From contig JBMTAF010000002.1 in the NCBI GenBank assembly GCA_049428425.1, positions 1-39,803 of the forward strand: a stretch of 39,803 nt of DNA, read 5' to 3'. Of this stretch, positions 1 through 8,300 are shown piece by piece. Numbering within the stretch: position 1 is the first letter of the stretch; every line of letters starts with the position of its first letter. The notes under the pieces were generated by a model that saw only the letters and a list, made by a program, of their open reading frames with translations, ran no database searches and was not told the origin of the DNA. Both the position numbers and the translations under genes were made by a program. The stretch comes from Candidatus Nanopelagicales bacterium. GTDB lineage: Bacteria > Actinomycetota > Actinomycetes > S36-B12 > UBA5976.

Positions 1-186
1 CCGGCTCAACTAAAGGAGTACGCAAATTATGCATCGCAACTAGTTTGGCGGTATGACTGGGAATTGGTTACTGATCGAATTTTAGATTGCTATGACTCAG
101 CCCGGTTAGCGGGAGAGCGAGTCCGGGAGGACTTGTCTCATCTATTTATTGGACGATGGGGAAGACAATTGCAGGGGATCGGATGA
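1..186 (+). CDS. 3' end of a GT4-family glycosyltransferase (PimA-like), 5'-truncated by the window edge
   Basis: Frame 1 is open from nt 1 to TGA at 184-186. The translation ...QLVWRYDWELVTDRILDCYDSARLAG... resembles the C-terminal RYDW-x-V-x3-I-x2-Y segment of PimA-type GT4 enzymes. A pimA-like gene lies upstream of pdxS in Streptomyces synteny (from memory). Confidence 0.55.
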   Translation, partial: PAQLKEYANYASQLVWRYDWELVTDRILDCYDSARLAGERVREDLSHLFIGRWGRQLQGIG

Positions 187-644
187 CATTCTGGACCTGG
201 CTACTGATTTCATTGATTATTATTTTGATTTTTTCATCTCAAGTTGCTGGGCGATTGGATAAATTGCACCGAAGAGTAAGTAGCGCGCGAACCACATTGT
301 GGCGTCGATGCAATGAGCGTTATGAAGCCGCCTTGGCCTCACCCAATGATGAAGTTCGACGAGCAGCGTTGACGGCTAAGAAAGCAGCCGAAACCAAACT
401 TTTCTCACCAAGTCACCTACTGGCGGAATCTGAGTTAACTAGGGTCATGCAATTGGAGCCAATATCAATTTCCTTAGATCGCACCCAACTTAGACTGCAG
501 GACGCCAGACGGATGTATAACGAAGCGGTCAGAGCAACTTTGTATTTGCGAAGTTGGCGAATCTCAAGATGGCTTCGGCTAGCTGGCCGTGCAACAGCGC
601 CAAAATATGTTGATTTTGATGATTCTGCGTTGACAATTCAGTAG
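183..644 (+). CDS. Membrane-anchored hypothetical protein, distantly LemA-like
   Basis: The ORF track gives 156..644. ATG at 183 forms an ATGA overlap with the upstream stop, the usual junction style in this window. It has one N-terminal TM helix (FWTWLLISLIIILIF). The coiled region with RLDKLHRRV... and C-terminal ARRMYNEAVRAT... recalls the LemA ARxFYN motif, but the similarity is weak. Confidence 0.5.
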   Translation: MTFWTWLLISLIIILIFSSQVAGRLDKLHRRVSSARTTLWRRCNERYEAALASPNDEVRRAALTAKKAAETKLFSPSHLLAESELTRVMQLEPISISLDRTQLRLQDARRMYNEAVRATLYLRSWRISRWLRLAGRATAPKYVDFDDSALTIQ

Positions 645-693
645 CAATTTCAGATTGCCAAAGTAGTTAGAGATAGTTCAAAATATGCGATGT

Positions 694-709
694 GCGTCAG
701 ACGTGACGC
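694..709. promoter_or_regulatory. Perfect 6-bp inverted repeat GCGTCA-gacg-TGACGC just upstream of the RBS of the Lys/Ala-rich gene
   Basis: Read directly: GCGTCA at 694-699 and TGACGC at 704-709, followed by GGGGAGGAAA (RBS) and GTG at 728. It could be an operator or a 5'-UTR hairpin. Function is unknown. Confidence 0.25.
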
Positions 710-727
710 CTAATTCGGGGAGGAAAT

Positions 728-1090
728 GTGGCCGCAAAGAAGGCTACCAAGAAGCGCGTTGCAAAAAAAGCAACTAAGAAGCGTTCAACTAAAAAAGCAG
801 TAGAGATATCTGCAAAGAAGACTGCTAAAAAAGCTGTTCGCAAGGCACCAAAGAAGAAAGCCAAAAAGGTTGCCAAAAAGAAAGTAAAGAAAGCAGCAAA
901 GAAAAAGGCGGCTAAAAAAACCGCAAAGAAAACCGCCAAACCAAAGAAGACGGCAAAGAAAACCAAGAAAAAAGCTGCCAAGCCTAAAAAGACTGTAAAG
1001 AAGTCCGCAGCAGCAAAACCAAAGGCGACAAAGCCTGCGGCTTCAGCACCGGTTGAGATTCCGCCGTTGCCAACTCTGCCGACCTGGTAG
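728..1090 (+). CDS. Lys/Ala-rich, histone H1-like / HU-tail-like basic protein (low complexity)
   Basis: GTG start at 728 is preceded by GGGGAGGAAA. The 120-aa product has 48 Lys by my count, in AKKA/TAKK/KPKK repeats typical of actinobacterial HupB/Hlp tails and H1-like proteins. It ends in a non-basic tail APVEIPPLPTLPTW. A strong hairpin follows the stop. Confidence 0.7.
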   Translation: MAAKKATKKRVAKKATKKRSTKKAVEISAKKTAKKAVRKAPKKKAKKVAKKKVKKAAKKKAAKKTAKKTAKPKKTAKKTKKKAAKPKKTVKKSAAAKPKATKPAASAPVEIPPLPTLPTW

Positions 1091-1108
1091 ATCGCGTAAA
1101 ACATTGTT

Positions 1109-1142
1109 CGGGGCGAGGACTGCGCTGGCGGTTCTCGCCCCG
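1109..1142 (+). terminator. Strong stem-loop after the Lys/Ala-rich gene (candidate U-tract-less terminator or pdxS leader element)
   Basis: CGGGGCGAGGAC (1109-1120) pairs with GTTCTCGCCCCG (1131-1142). That gives 12 bp with one G-U pair and a 10-nt loop. There is no T-tract downstream, which is common for actinobacterial terminators. Confidence 0.45.
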
Positions 1143-1177
1143 TCGCGTAACATTGCGCCCTAATTGAAGGGTGCTTA

Positions 1178-2068
1178 ATGTCTGAAACTGTAAAGGGAAC
1201 GCCGCTAGTTAAGCGCGGCATGGCCGAAATGCTCAAGGGTGGCGTGATCATGGATGTGGTCACTCCAGAACAGGCAAAGATTGCCGAAGATGCCGGAGCA
1301 GTGGCAGTCATGGCACTAGAACGAGTACCTGCCGATATCCGTGCGCAAGGCGGTGTTGCGCGCATGTCTGATCCAGACATGATTGAAGGAATTATTAATT
1401 CGGTATCAATTCCGGTAATGGCAAAAGCTCGAATTGGACATTTTGTTGAAGCACAAGTTCTGGAATCTTTAGGTGTTGATTACATTGATGAATCTGAAGT
1501 ACTAACCCCGGCAGATGAAGCCAATCACATTGACAAGTGGAAGTTCACGGTGCCTTTTGTTTGCGGTGCAACGAATTTAGGGGAAGCGTTACGGCGGATA
1601 ACTGAAGGCGCAGCCATGATTCGATCAAAAGGTGAAGCTGGCACCGGCAATGTTGTCGAGGCAACTCGACACATGCGTCAGATTCTTGGCGACATTCGTC
1701 GACTTACCGTGATGAGCGAAGAAGAGTTGTTCACAGCCGCAAAGAACCTCCAGGCGCCGTATGAACTTGTTGCTGAAGTTGCGCGAACTGGAAAACTTCC
1801 GGTAGTTCTGTTCACTGCTGGCGGAATTGCAACCCCAGCTGATGCCGCATTGATGATGCAACTTGGAGCCGAGGGTGTTTTTGTAGGCTCGGGCATCTTT
1901 AAGAGTGGCGATCCAGCTAAACGAGCTGCCGCCATCGTCCAGGCAACTTTGCATTATCAGGACGCAAAAAAGATTGGTGATGTATCACGTGGCCTGGGTG
2001 AAGCGATGGTTGGGATTAACATCGACACGTTGCCTGAATCGGAGAAATACGCAACGCGCGGTTGGTAG
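1178..2068 (+). CDS. pdxS: Pyridoxal 5'-phosphate synthase, lyase subunit PdxS
   Basis: The 296-aa product carries hallmark PdxS sequence: [54 protein letters not shown]. Confidence 0.97.
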   Translation: MSETVKGTPLVKRGMAEMLKGGVIMDVVTPEQAKIAEDAGAVAVMALERVPADIRAQGGVARMSDPDMIEGIINSVSIPVMAKARIGHFVEAQVLESLGVDYIDESEVLTPADEANHIDKWKFTVPFVCGATNLGEALRRITEGAAMIRSKGEAGTGNVVEATRHMRQILGDIRRLTVMSEEELFTAAKNLQAPYELVAEVARTGKLPVVLFTAGGIATPADAALMMQLGAEGVFVGSGIFKSGDPAKRAAAIVQATLHYQDAKKIGDVSRGLGEAMVGINIDTLPESEKYATRGW

Positions 2069-2070
2069 TT

Positions 2071-2661
2071 ATGAACTTTGGCGTATTAGCGCTGCAAGGC
2101 GATTTCCGCGAGCACATTCAAGCCTTGGCACGGCTAGGTGTAACTGCAACTGAGATTCGCTCAGTTGAAGCATTACAAGAAATTGATGCGTTAATAATTC
2201 CAGGTGGCGAATCAACCACGATGTCGCTATTAGCGAAATCCACTGGACTTGATAAAGCGATAGAAACAAAGCTCGCTGAAGGAATGTTTGTTTATGGCTC
2301 CTGCGCTGGAATGATTTTGCTGGCAAGTGAAATTCTGGATGGCAGATCAGACCAGATTTCGTTTGGCGCTATTGATATGTCAGTTAGAAGAAATGGTTTC
2401 GGGCGACAAGTTGATTCCTTCGAGACTCAGTTGGAGAGCAGGGCATTTCCGGAACTTCATGGCGTATTCATTCGTGCTCCTAAAATTGAACGAATTGGCG
2501 ATCGGGTCGAGGTGCTGGCAGCCTTAACTCGCTCAGGGGAACAAACCCCGGTTCTGGTGCGCTCTGGCCGGGCTATGGCTTCTAGTTTTCACCCAGAACT
2601 CGGCCTAGAAAGTCCGATTCATCGATACTTTGTCGACCTCGTTGCCGGGAAAATCTCGTAG
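2071..2661 (+). CDS. pdxT: Pyridoxal 5'-phosphate synthase, glutaminase subunit PdxT
   Basis: MNFGVLALQGDFREH..., GGESTT and GSCAGMILL (catalytic Cys) are class-I amidotransferase PdxT motifs. ATG at 2071 is preferred over the in-frame TTG at 2062 given in the ORF track. The gene is adjacent to pdxS. Confidence 0.93.
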   Translation: MNFGVLALQGDFREHIQALARLGVTATEIRSVEALQEIDALIIPGGESTTMSLLAKSTGLDKAIETKLAEGMFVYGSCAGMILLASEILDGRSDQISFGAIDMSVRRNGFGRQVDSFETQLESRAFPELHGVFIRAPKIERIGDRVEVLAALTRSGEQTPVLVRSGRAMASSFHPELGLESPIHRYFVDLVAGKIS

Positions 2662-2694
2662 AGTTACACCATTAATTGGAATTGAGGGGTAGAT

Positions 2695-3441
2695 ATGTCA
2701 GGCCATTCCAAATGGGCGACAACCAAACACAAGAAAGCGATTATTGACAAGCGGCGTGGAAAATTGTTCGCCAAGCTTGTGAAAAATATCGAGGTGGCTA
2801 CCAGGATTGGTGGACCTGACCCAGATTCCAACCCTTCACTTTACGACGCAATCCAAAAAGCAAAGAAATCGTCAGTTCCTAATGACAACATTGATCGCGC
2901 TGTAAAGCGCGGTGCTGGCTTAGAAGCTGGCGGTGCTGATTACCAGACTATTCTCTATGAAGGTTATGCCCCAGGTGGTGTTGCAGTTCTAATTGAATGC
3001 TTAACTGACAATCGGAACCGCGCGGCAAGCGAAGTAAGAGTTGCAATGACTCGCAATGGCGGTTCTATGGCTGACGCTGGTTCAGTTTCATATTTGTTTA
3101 ATCGAAAAGGCGTGGTATTAGTTGCAGCCGAAAGTGCAACCGAAGATAAAATTTTGGAAGCTACGTTAGATGCTGGCGCGCAAGAGGTAAACGATCTGGA
3201 TGGCACATTTGAAATCATCTGTGAAGCCACTGATTTAGTCGCAGTTAGAACAGCGCTACAGCATGCTGGAATTGATTATGAATCCGCTGAAGCTTCCTTC
3301 GTTCCTTCAATGACTGTCCCAGTTGATGATGAAACTGCGGAAAAGATCTTTAAACTTATTGAAGCATTAGAAGATAGTGATGAAGTGCAGACTGTCTTTG
3401 CTAATTTTGAAGCATCTGATCGAGCTATGGCACAGGCGTAG
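2695..3441 (+). CDS. yebC: YebC/PmpR family DNA-binding transcriptional regulator
   Basis: [25 protein letters not shown] is the canonical YebC N-terminus. The position upstream of ruvC is conserved. Confidence 0.95.
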   Translation: MSGHSKWATTKHKKAIIDKRRGKLFAKLVKNIEVATRIGGPDPDSNPSLYDAIQKAKKSSVPNDNIDRAVKRGAGLEAGGADYQTILYEGYAPGGVAVLIECLTDNRNRAASEVRVAMTRNGGSMADAGSVSYLFNRKGVVLVAAESATEDKILEATLDAGAQEVNDLDGTFEIICEATDLVAVRTALQHAGIDYESAEASFVPSMTVPVDDETAEKIFKLIEALEDSDEVQTVFANFEASDRAMAQA

Positions 3442-3977
3442 TGCGAGTAATCGGCATTGACCCAGGACTTACTCGTTGCGGCATTGCTGTAGTCGATGCC
3501 GCTCCTGGCAAAGGTGGAGTTTTGGTACATTTAGAAGTCGCCACTACGGATAGCGAACAAGACCCAGCTCAGCGACTGTTAGAAATCTCAAATCGAATTG
3601 AATTTGTAATGGATAAGTTTAAGCCAGCTGCGCTGTCACTGGAGCGAGTTTTTGCTCAGCAGAATTTACGAACTGTGATGGGTGTGGCACAAGTTGGGGG
3701 ACTGGCACTGCTTGCCGCGGAGCGAAGAAGCATTCCATCATTCACTTATACGCCAACGGCAGTAAAAGCGGCTGTCACTGGTTCTGGTCGAAGTGATAAA
3801 CGTCAGGTTGGGAAGATGGTGCAGGCGTTGCTTAATTTGGATCAAATTCCGAAACCCGCCGATGCAGCCGACGCAATTGCTTTAGCTCTCTGCCATGCTT
3901 GGCGAATGCATGACGCGCAGCCATCTCCAACTCCATTTGCTGCTCGACGAGTGCCGAAAGTGAAGCGAAATGATTAG
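3441..3977 (+). CDS. ruvC: Crossover junction endodeoxyribonuclease RuvC
   Basis: GTG start overlaps the yebC stop by 1 nt. The N-terminus is MRVIGIDPGLTRCGIAVVD (catalytic Asp motif), and ADAADAIALALCH lies near the C-terminus. Confidence 0.95.
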   Translation: MRVIGIDPGLTRCGIAVVDAAPGKGGVLVHLEVATTDSEQDPAQRLLEISNRIEFVMDKFKPAALSLERVFAQQNLRTVMGVAQVGGLALLAAERRSIPSFTYTPTAVKAAVTGSGRSDKRQVGKMVQALLNLDQIPKPADAADAIALALCHAWRMHDAQPSPTPFAARRVPKVKRND

Positions 3978-4533
3978 CTTTCTGAGCGGTAAAGTCATTC
4001 AGCTCGATGGAAATCAAGTCGTGATTGAATTGCCTGGAGCAGGCATTGGATTAAATGTCACAGTTTCAGCTAATGCATTAACTCAGCTTGAAGTTGGCAA
4101 TTCTTGTCACGTGCATACTGAACTCCTAGTTCGCGAAGATGCTTGGCTACTTTATGGTTTTCAAACAGCTGAAGAACGGAGTTGGTTTCGACTATTGAAT
4201 TCCATCAGCGGAATTGGGCCGAAGACCGCACTGGCGACAATAAGCGTCTTAGGTATTGCCGGTCTTAGCAATGCTATTGCCTCCGGGGATGAGGGTGCGC
4301 TGACTGCTGTTCCAGGGCTGGGCAAAAAAAGTGCTGGTCGGATCATTCTTGAGTTAAGCGATAAAGTAAAAATTATCGGTCAGGAAGTTAGTAATTCCGA
4401 TGTGGTCAATGCTCTGATCAATTTGGGCTGGAGTGAGAAGGTAGCCAGACAAACCCTGAATGAGATAAGCGAGCCAAATTTAGATACTGCGGCATTATTG
4501 CGAGCCGCGCTGGCTAAACTAGCAAAATCATGA
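3970..4533 (+). CDS. ruvA: Holliday junction branch migration complex subunit RuvA
   Basis: MISFLSGKV..., [13 protein letters not shown] and the HhH motifs GIGPKTALA / [11 protein letters not shown] are present. It overlaps ruvC by 8 nt. Confidence 0.95.
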   Translation: MISFLSGKVIQLDGNQVVIELPGAGIGLNVTVSANALTQLEVGNSCHVHTELLVREDAWLLYGFQTAEERSWFRLLNSISGIGPKTALATISVLGIAGLSNAIASGDEGALTAVPGLGKKSAGRIILELSDKVKIIGQEVSNSDVVNALINLGWSEKVARQTLNEISEPNLDTAALLRAALAKLAKS

Positions 4534-5567
4534 ACGATGACGAACTAATCGATCCGATTGCACATGATGATGACGTTTTAGTAGAGACTGCTCTGCGCCC
4601 CGCAAATCTTGACGAGTTCGTTGGGCAGATTAGAGCTAGAGAGCAATTAAGCGTCGCCTTAAAGGCAGCGATTTCCCGAGGTGCTGCTGCAGATCACATG
4701 TTGATGAGCGGACCTGCTGGTTTAGGAAAAACCACATTGGCAACCATTACTGCAAAAGAACTTGGGGTACCGCTACGAGTAACCTCTGGCCCAACAATTA
4801 CCCACGCTGGTGATCTAGCGGCAGTGCTCACGTCGCTTAATAACGGCGAAGTGCTTTTTATCGATGAAATCCATCGCACCGCAAAGCCCGCTTTAGAAAT
4901 GTTGTATCTTGCAATGGAAGATTTTCGAGTAGATGTCATGGTCGGCAAAGGTCCTGGTGCAACTGCTGTGCCGTTGCAAATCGAGCCATTTACTTTAGTC
5001 GGTGCAACTACTAAAGCTGGAGTTTTGCCGTCACCGCTCCGAGATCGTTTTGGGCTTACCATTCATTTGGATTTTTATGAAGTACTTGAACTTAAACAAA
5101 TAATTGTACGAAGTAGCGAGTTACTGCATTTAACTATTGATGATGCTGGGGCACATGAAATTGCAATGCGATCACGCGGGACTCCTCGAATTGCGAATCG
5201 ATTGCTACGCCGAGTTAGAGATTGGGCGAGTGTTAATTCGGATGGCGCGATCGATCTGGCCGCCGCAAAGGCTGCCTTGGATTTATACGAGATCGACCCA
5301 GCTGGATTGGATCGATTAGATCGTGCAGTACTGCAAGCATTGGTAACTCAATTTGGCGGCGGCCCAGTTGGTTTGTCCACGCTAGCTATTGCAGTTGGGG
5401 AAGAGATGAGCACTATCTCCGAGGTGGTGGAGCCGTATTTGGTTCGTCAGGGACTTCTTGGTCGCACTTCCAGGGGAAGGGTGGCAACCGATCTGGGTTA
5501 TCAGGTGGCTGGTGGGGTCGCACCTAATCGTGACACGCAACTGCGCTTTCACGGTGAAAATTCCTGA
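4530..5567 (+). CDS. ruvB: Holliday junction branch migration DNA helicase RuvB
   Basis: LRP..LDEFVGQ, Walker [19 protein letters not shown] and [15 protein letters not shown] are present. It has an ATGA overlap with ruvA. Confidence 0.97.
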   Translation: MNDDELIDPIAHDDDVLVETALRPANLDEFVGQIRAREQLSVALKAAISRGAAADHMLMSGPAGLGKTTLATITAKELGVPLRVTSGPTITHAGDLAAVLTSLNNGEVLFIDEIHRTAKPALEMLYLAMEDFRVDVMVGKGPGATAVPLQIEPFTLVGATTKAGVLPSPLRDRFGLTIHLDFYEVLELKQIIVRSSELLHLTIDDAGAHEIAMRSRGTPRIANRLLRRVRDWASVNSDGAIDLAAAKAALDLYEIDPAGLDRLDRAVLQALVTQFGGGPVGLSTLAIAVGEEMSTISEVVEPYLVRQGLLGRTSRGRVATDLGYQVAGGVAPNRDTQLRFHGENS

Positions 5568-5658
5568 GGAAATTGGCAACTTTTCTACCCAGAGCAGTCG
5601 ATTCTCCACCTCATAGGGAATACTCTGCCACCGTGCCTATTGGCCCGAAATCCAAGGA

Positions 5659-7188
5659 GTGTGTGTGAGCACGAAGACTGCGCCAAAACCATGGCGAGCG
5701 CTATTGCTGCTGACCATTATCACCGTGAGTATGGCGGCGGCAACGTTCTGGCCATCGACTAGTCCAGCTGCGAAATTGGGCTTGGATCTTAAGGGCGGCA
5801 CCCAAGTTATCTTGACTCCGCGAGTTATTGAAGGCGCAGCTGCGATTACACCAGATCAACTGAATCAGACGGTAAGCATTATGCGGCAACGCGTGAATGC
5901 TTTTGGTGTAGCAGAAGCGGAAGTAACTGCGCAAGGCAGCGGAAATGAATCTGCCATTGTGGTTTCGGTGCCAGGGGTAAATCAACAGGGAATTGCAGAT
6001 TTATTGAAACAAACAGCTTTACTTGAATTTCGCGAAGTGGTCCAAGCACGAACCTCATCGGCTCCAGCCGAAGGCGAAACCCCGATTGCGTTGCCAATTG
6101 AAGCAGCAACGGAAGCAGAGCTGACCGAATCATTTGCCACCGCGACTTGCTTTACCGAAGATGCCTTGCAAGGTGGCGTGGCGCTTGATGCCACTAAATA
6201 CGTGCTTACTTGCTCCCAGGACGGTAGCGAAACTTTTATCTTGGCACCAACGTTTATTGCTGGTGAGCGAATTGATGATTCACAAGCGCAATTACCAGCG
6301 CAGGGTGGCACTGGATCTTGGGTAGTCACGCTTGATTTCGACGCTGAAGGTGCGCGTGCGTTAGCCGATGTTTCGCAGCGAATTTATTCATTACCATCGC
6401 CGCAAAATCGATTTGGAATTGTGCTTGATGGCCTAGTGGTATCTGCACCATTCTTCTCAGAACCAATCCTGGGCGGTCAGGCCCAGATCACTGGCACCTT
6501 TACACCTGAGGAAGCAAAAGCTTTGGCATCGGTGCTCCGATATGGTGCATTGCCAGTCGCACTAGATATTGCTGAAGTTAATGCGGTTTCGCCAACGCTA
6601 GGTGTGGAGCAGCTCCGTTCAGGTTTGCTAGCTGGTGCAATTGGCTTGGCGCTGGTTGTATTTTATTTGATTTTGTATTACCGAATGCTTGGTTTGGTTG
6701 CCGTAATTTCGTTGGCGTTGGCTGCAGCCTTAACTTATTTCGCCGTGGTTCTGCTTGGTCGATCGATTGGATTTACCTTGACTCTGGCAGGTGTTGCTGG
6801 CTTGATTGTTGCAATCGGCATCACTGCCGATACATTTGTGGTTTATAACGAGCGAATTCGTGATGAGATTCGAAGTGGCAAGACGGTTCGAAATGCGATA
6901 GATGCGGCATGGGTTCGTGCTCGTCGAACTTTGCTAGCAGCAGATTTTGTTCAGTTATTAGCAGCACTAGTGCTTTATTTCCTTAGCGTGGGTGCGGTCA
7001 AGGGATTTGCGTTTGCGCTGGGTCTTGCCACCGTAATTGATATCTTGGTGGCGTTCTGGTTCACCCGTCCAATCAGTGTATTTTTTGGTCGGTCAAGATT
7101 AGCGGTTGGAACCTTGAGCGGTATTTCTGAAAAACGGTTACATGCTGGTATTCCAAGCAGCGCACTACCAGAAGGAGCAAAGTTATGA
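5659..7188 (+). CDS. secD: Protein translocase subunit SecD
   Basis: LGLDLKGGTQVIL, a periplasmic domain and a C-terminal 6-TM block (GLALVVFYLILYYRMLG...) are present. The true start may be GTG at 5665, given AAGGAG at 5654-5659. Confidence 0.93.
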   Translation: MCVSTKTAPKPWRALLLLTIITVSMAAATFWPSTSPAAKLGLDLKGGTQVILTPRVIEGAAAITPDQLNQTVSIMRQRVNAFGVAEAEVTAQGSGNESAIVVSVPGVNQQGIADLLKQTALLEFREVVQARTSSAPAEGETPIALPIEAATEAELTESFATATCFTEDALQGGVALDATKYVLTCSQDGSETFILAPTFIAGERIDDSQAQLPAQGGTGSWVVTLDFDAEGARALADVSQRIYSLPSPQNRFGIVLDGLVVSAPFFSEPILGGQAQITGTFTPEEAKALASVLRYGALPVALDIAEVNAVSPTLGVEQLRSGLLAGAIGLALVVFYLILYYRMLGLVAVISLALAAALTYFAVVLLGRSIGFTLTLAGVAGLIVAIGITADTFVVYNERIRDEIRSGKTVRNAIDAAWVRARRTLLAADFVQLLAALVLYFLSVGAVKGFAFALGLATVIDILVAFWFTRPISVFFGRSRLAVGTLSGISEKRLHAGIPSSALPEGAKL

Positions 7189-8261
7189 TCAGCTTAGCTG
7201 CATTTGGTAATCAGCTTTACTATGGAACCCGATCAATTAATTTTATAAAGCGTCGAAAGATTTGGTATTCGTTCGCTGTTGTAATTCTTGCTGTTTCGAT
7301 CGCTGGGTTAGCCACGAATGGGCTCAAATTGGGTATTGAATTTCGAGGCGGTACTGAATTTATTACTCAGTCCGATAAGCCGGCAAACGAGGTTCGAACC
7401 GAATTGGAAGATCTTGGATTACAGCAAGTAATTGCGCAGTCGGTTGGAAGTGATCGAGTTTCAATTCAAACTGAAGAACTAACTTCAGCTGAATTGGCCG
7501 AAGTTACAAATCAGATCGCTGAAATCACTAGCTCAGTTGCTACGGAAATCACGGTTCGCTCGGTAGGACCTACCTGGGGAGCTGATATCACTAGAACCGC
7601 ATTAACCGGTCTTTTGGTCTTCTTGGTGCTAGTGATGATTTTCTTGAGTATCTATTTTGAATTTAGAATGGCAGTTGCCGCATTTATTGCGCTAATGCAT
7701 GACCTGCTAGTAACAATTGGTGTTTATGCGTTGTTTGGATTTGAAGTAACGCCAGCGACGGCTATTGGTGTTTTGACGATTATGGGATATTCACTTTATG
7801 ACACCGTGGTGGTCTTTGACAAAGTTAAAGAGAATGTGAAAGGCGTAACGCTGCAAACAGGTTCAACCTACGCTGAAGCGGCAAATCTTGCGGTAAACCA
7901 AACGGTGCTTCGAAGTATCAATACGTCAGTGGTGGCAATATTGCCAGTGGCAGGCATTTTGTTTATTGGTGCCTTTGCGTTACGTGCCTCTACGTTGCAG
8001 GATCTCGCGATTGCGCTGTTTGTTGGTATCGCAGCTGGTGTTTATTCCTCTATCTTTATTGCAACTCCAATCTTGACTGATCTCAAGCAAAGCGATCCAC
8101 AGATTAAAGTCCATAATGAAAAAGTTGCAGCTAGGCGAGAAGCGATTGAGACAACTGGAATTGATCCATATGCGGTTACCAAATCCGAAACCAGAGTTAA
8201 ATATGCCCAACAGGGCGGACCGCGAAATCAACCTAAGCGAAAGCCGCGCCGACTTCGCTGA
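7185..8261 (+). CDS. secF: Protein translocase subunit SecF
   Basis: LGIEFRGGTEF and the SecF TM block (HDLLVTIGVYALFGFEV, GYSLYDTVVVFD) are present. It has an ATGA overlap with secD. Confidence 0.95.
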   Translation: MISLAAFGNQLYYGTRSINFIKRRKIWYSFAVVILAVSIAGLATNGLKLGIEFRGGTEFITQSDKPANEVRTELEDLGLQQVIAQSVGSDRVSIQTEELTSAELAEVTNQIAEITSSVATEITVRSVGPTWGADITRTALTGLLVFLVLVMIFLSIYFEFRMAVAAFIALMHDLLVTIGVYALFGFEVTPATAIGVLTIMGYSLYDTVVVFDKVKENVKGVTLQTGSTYAEAANLAVNQTVLRSINTSVVAILPVAGILFIGAFALRASTLQDLAIALFVGIAAGVYSSIFIATPILTDLKQSDPQIKVHNEKVAARREAIETTGIDPYAVTKSETRVKYAQQGGPRNQPKRKPRRLR

Positions 8262-8300
8262 TTAAGTTTTGCTCTACACTGCACCTGCTAGGAGCGTGCC

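Noticed and set aside
697-1380. 227-aa minus-strand ORF, extremely Phe/Ala-rich (FFAVFFGLAVFFAVFLAAFFF...)
   Set aside because: It is the reverse-complement shadow of the AAG/AAA/GCN-rich Lys/Ala gene, since the AAA/AAG complement gives TTT/CTT. It also runs antisense into pdxS. It has no RBS, and its composition is explained entirely by the + strand genes.
5568-5658. ruvB-secD gap examined for a hidden yajC, a small ORF or a structured RNA
   Set aside because: There is no ORF with a start and RBS, and only trivial 5-bp complementarity (TGGCA/TGCCA). The gap appears to be just the secD leader, with AAGGAG at 5654-5659.
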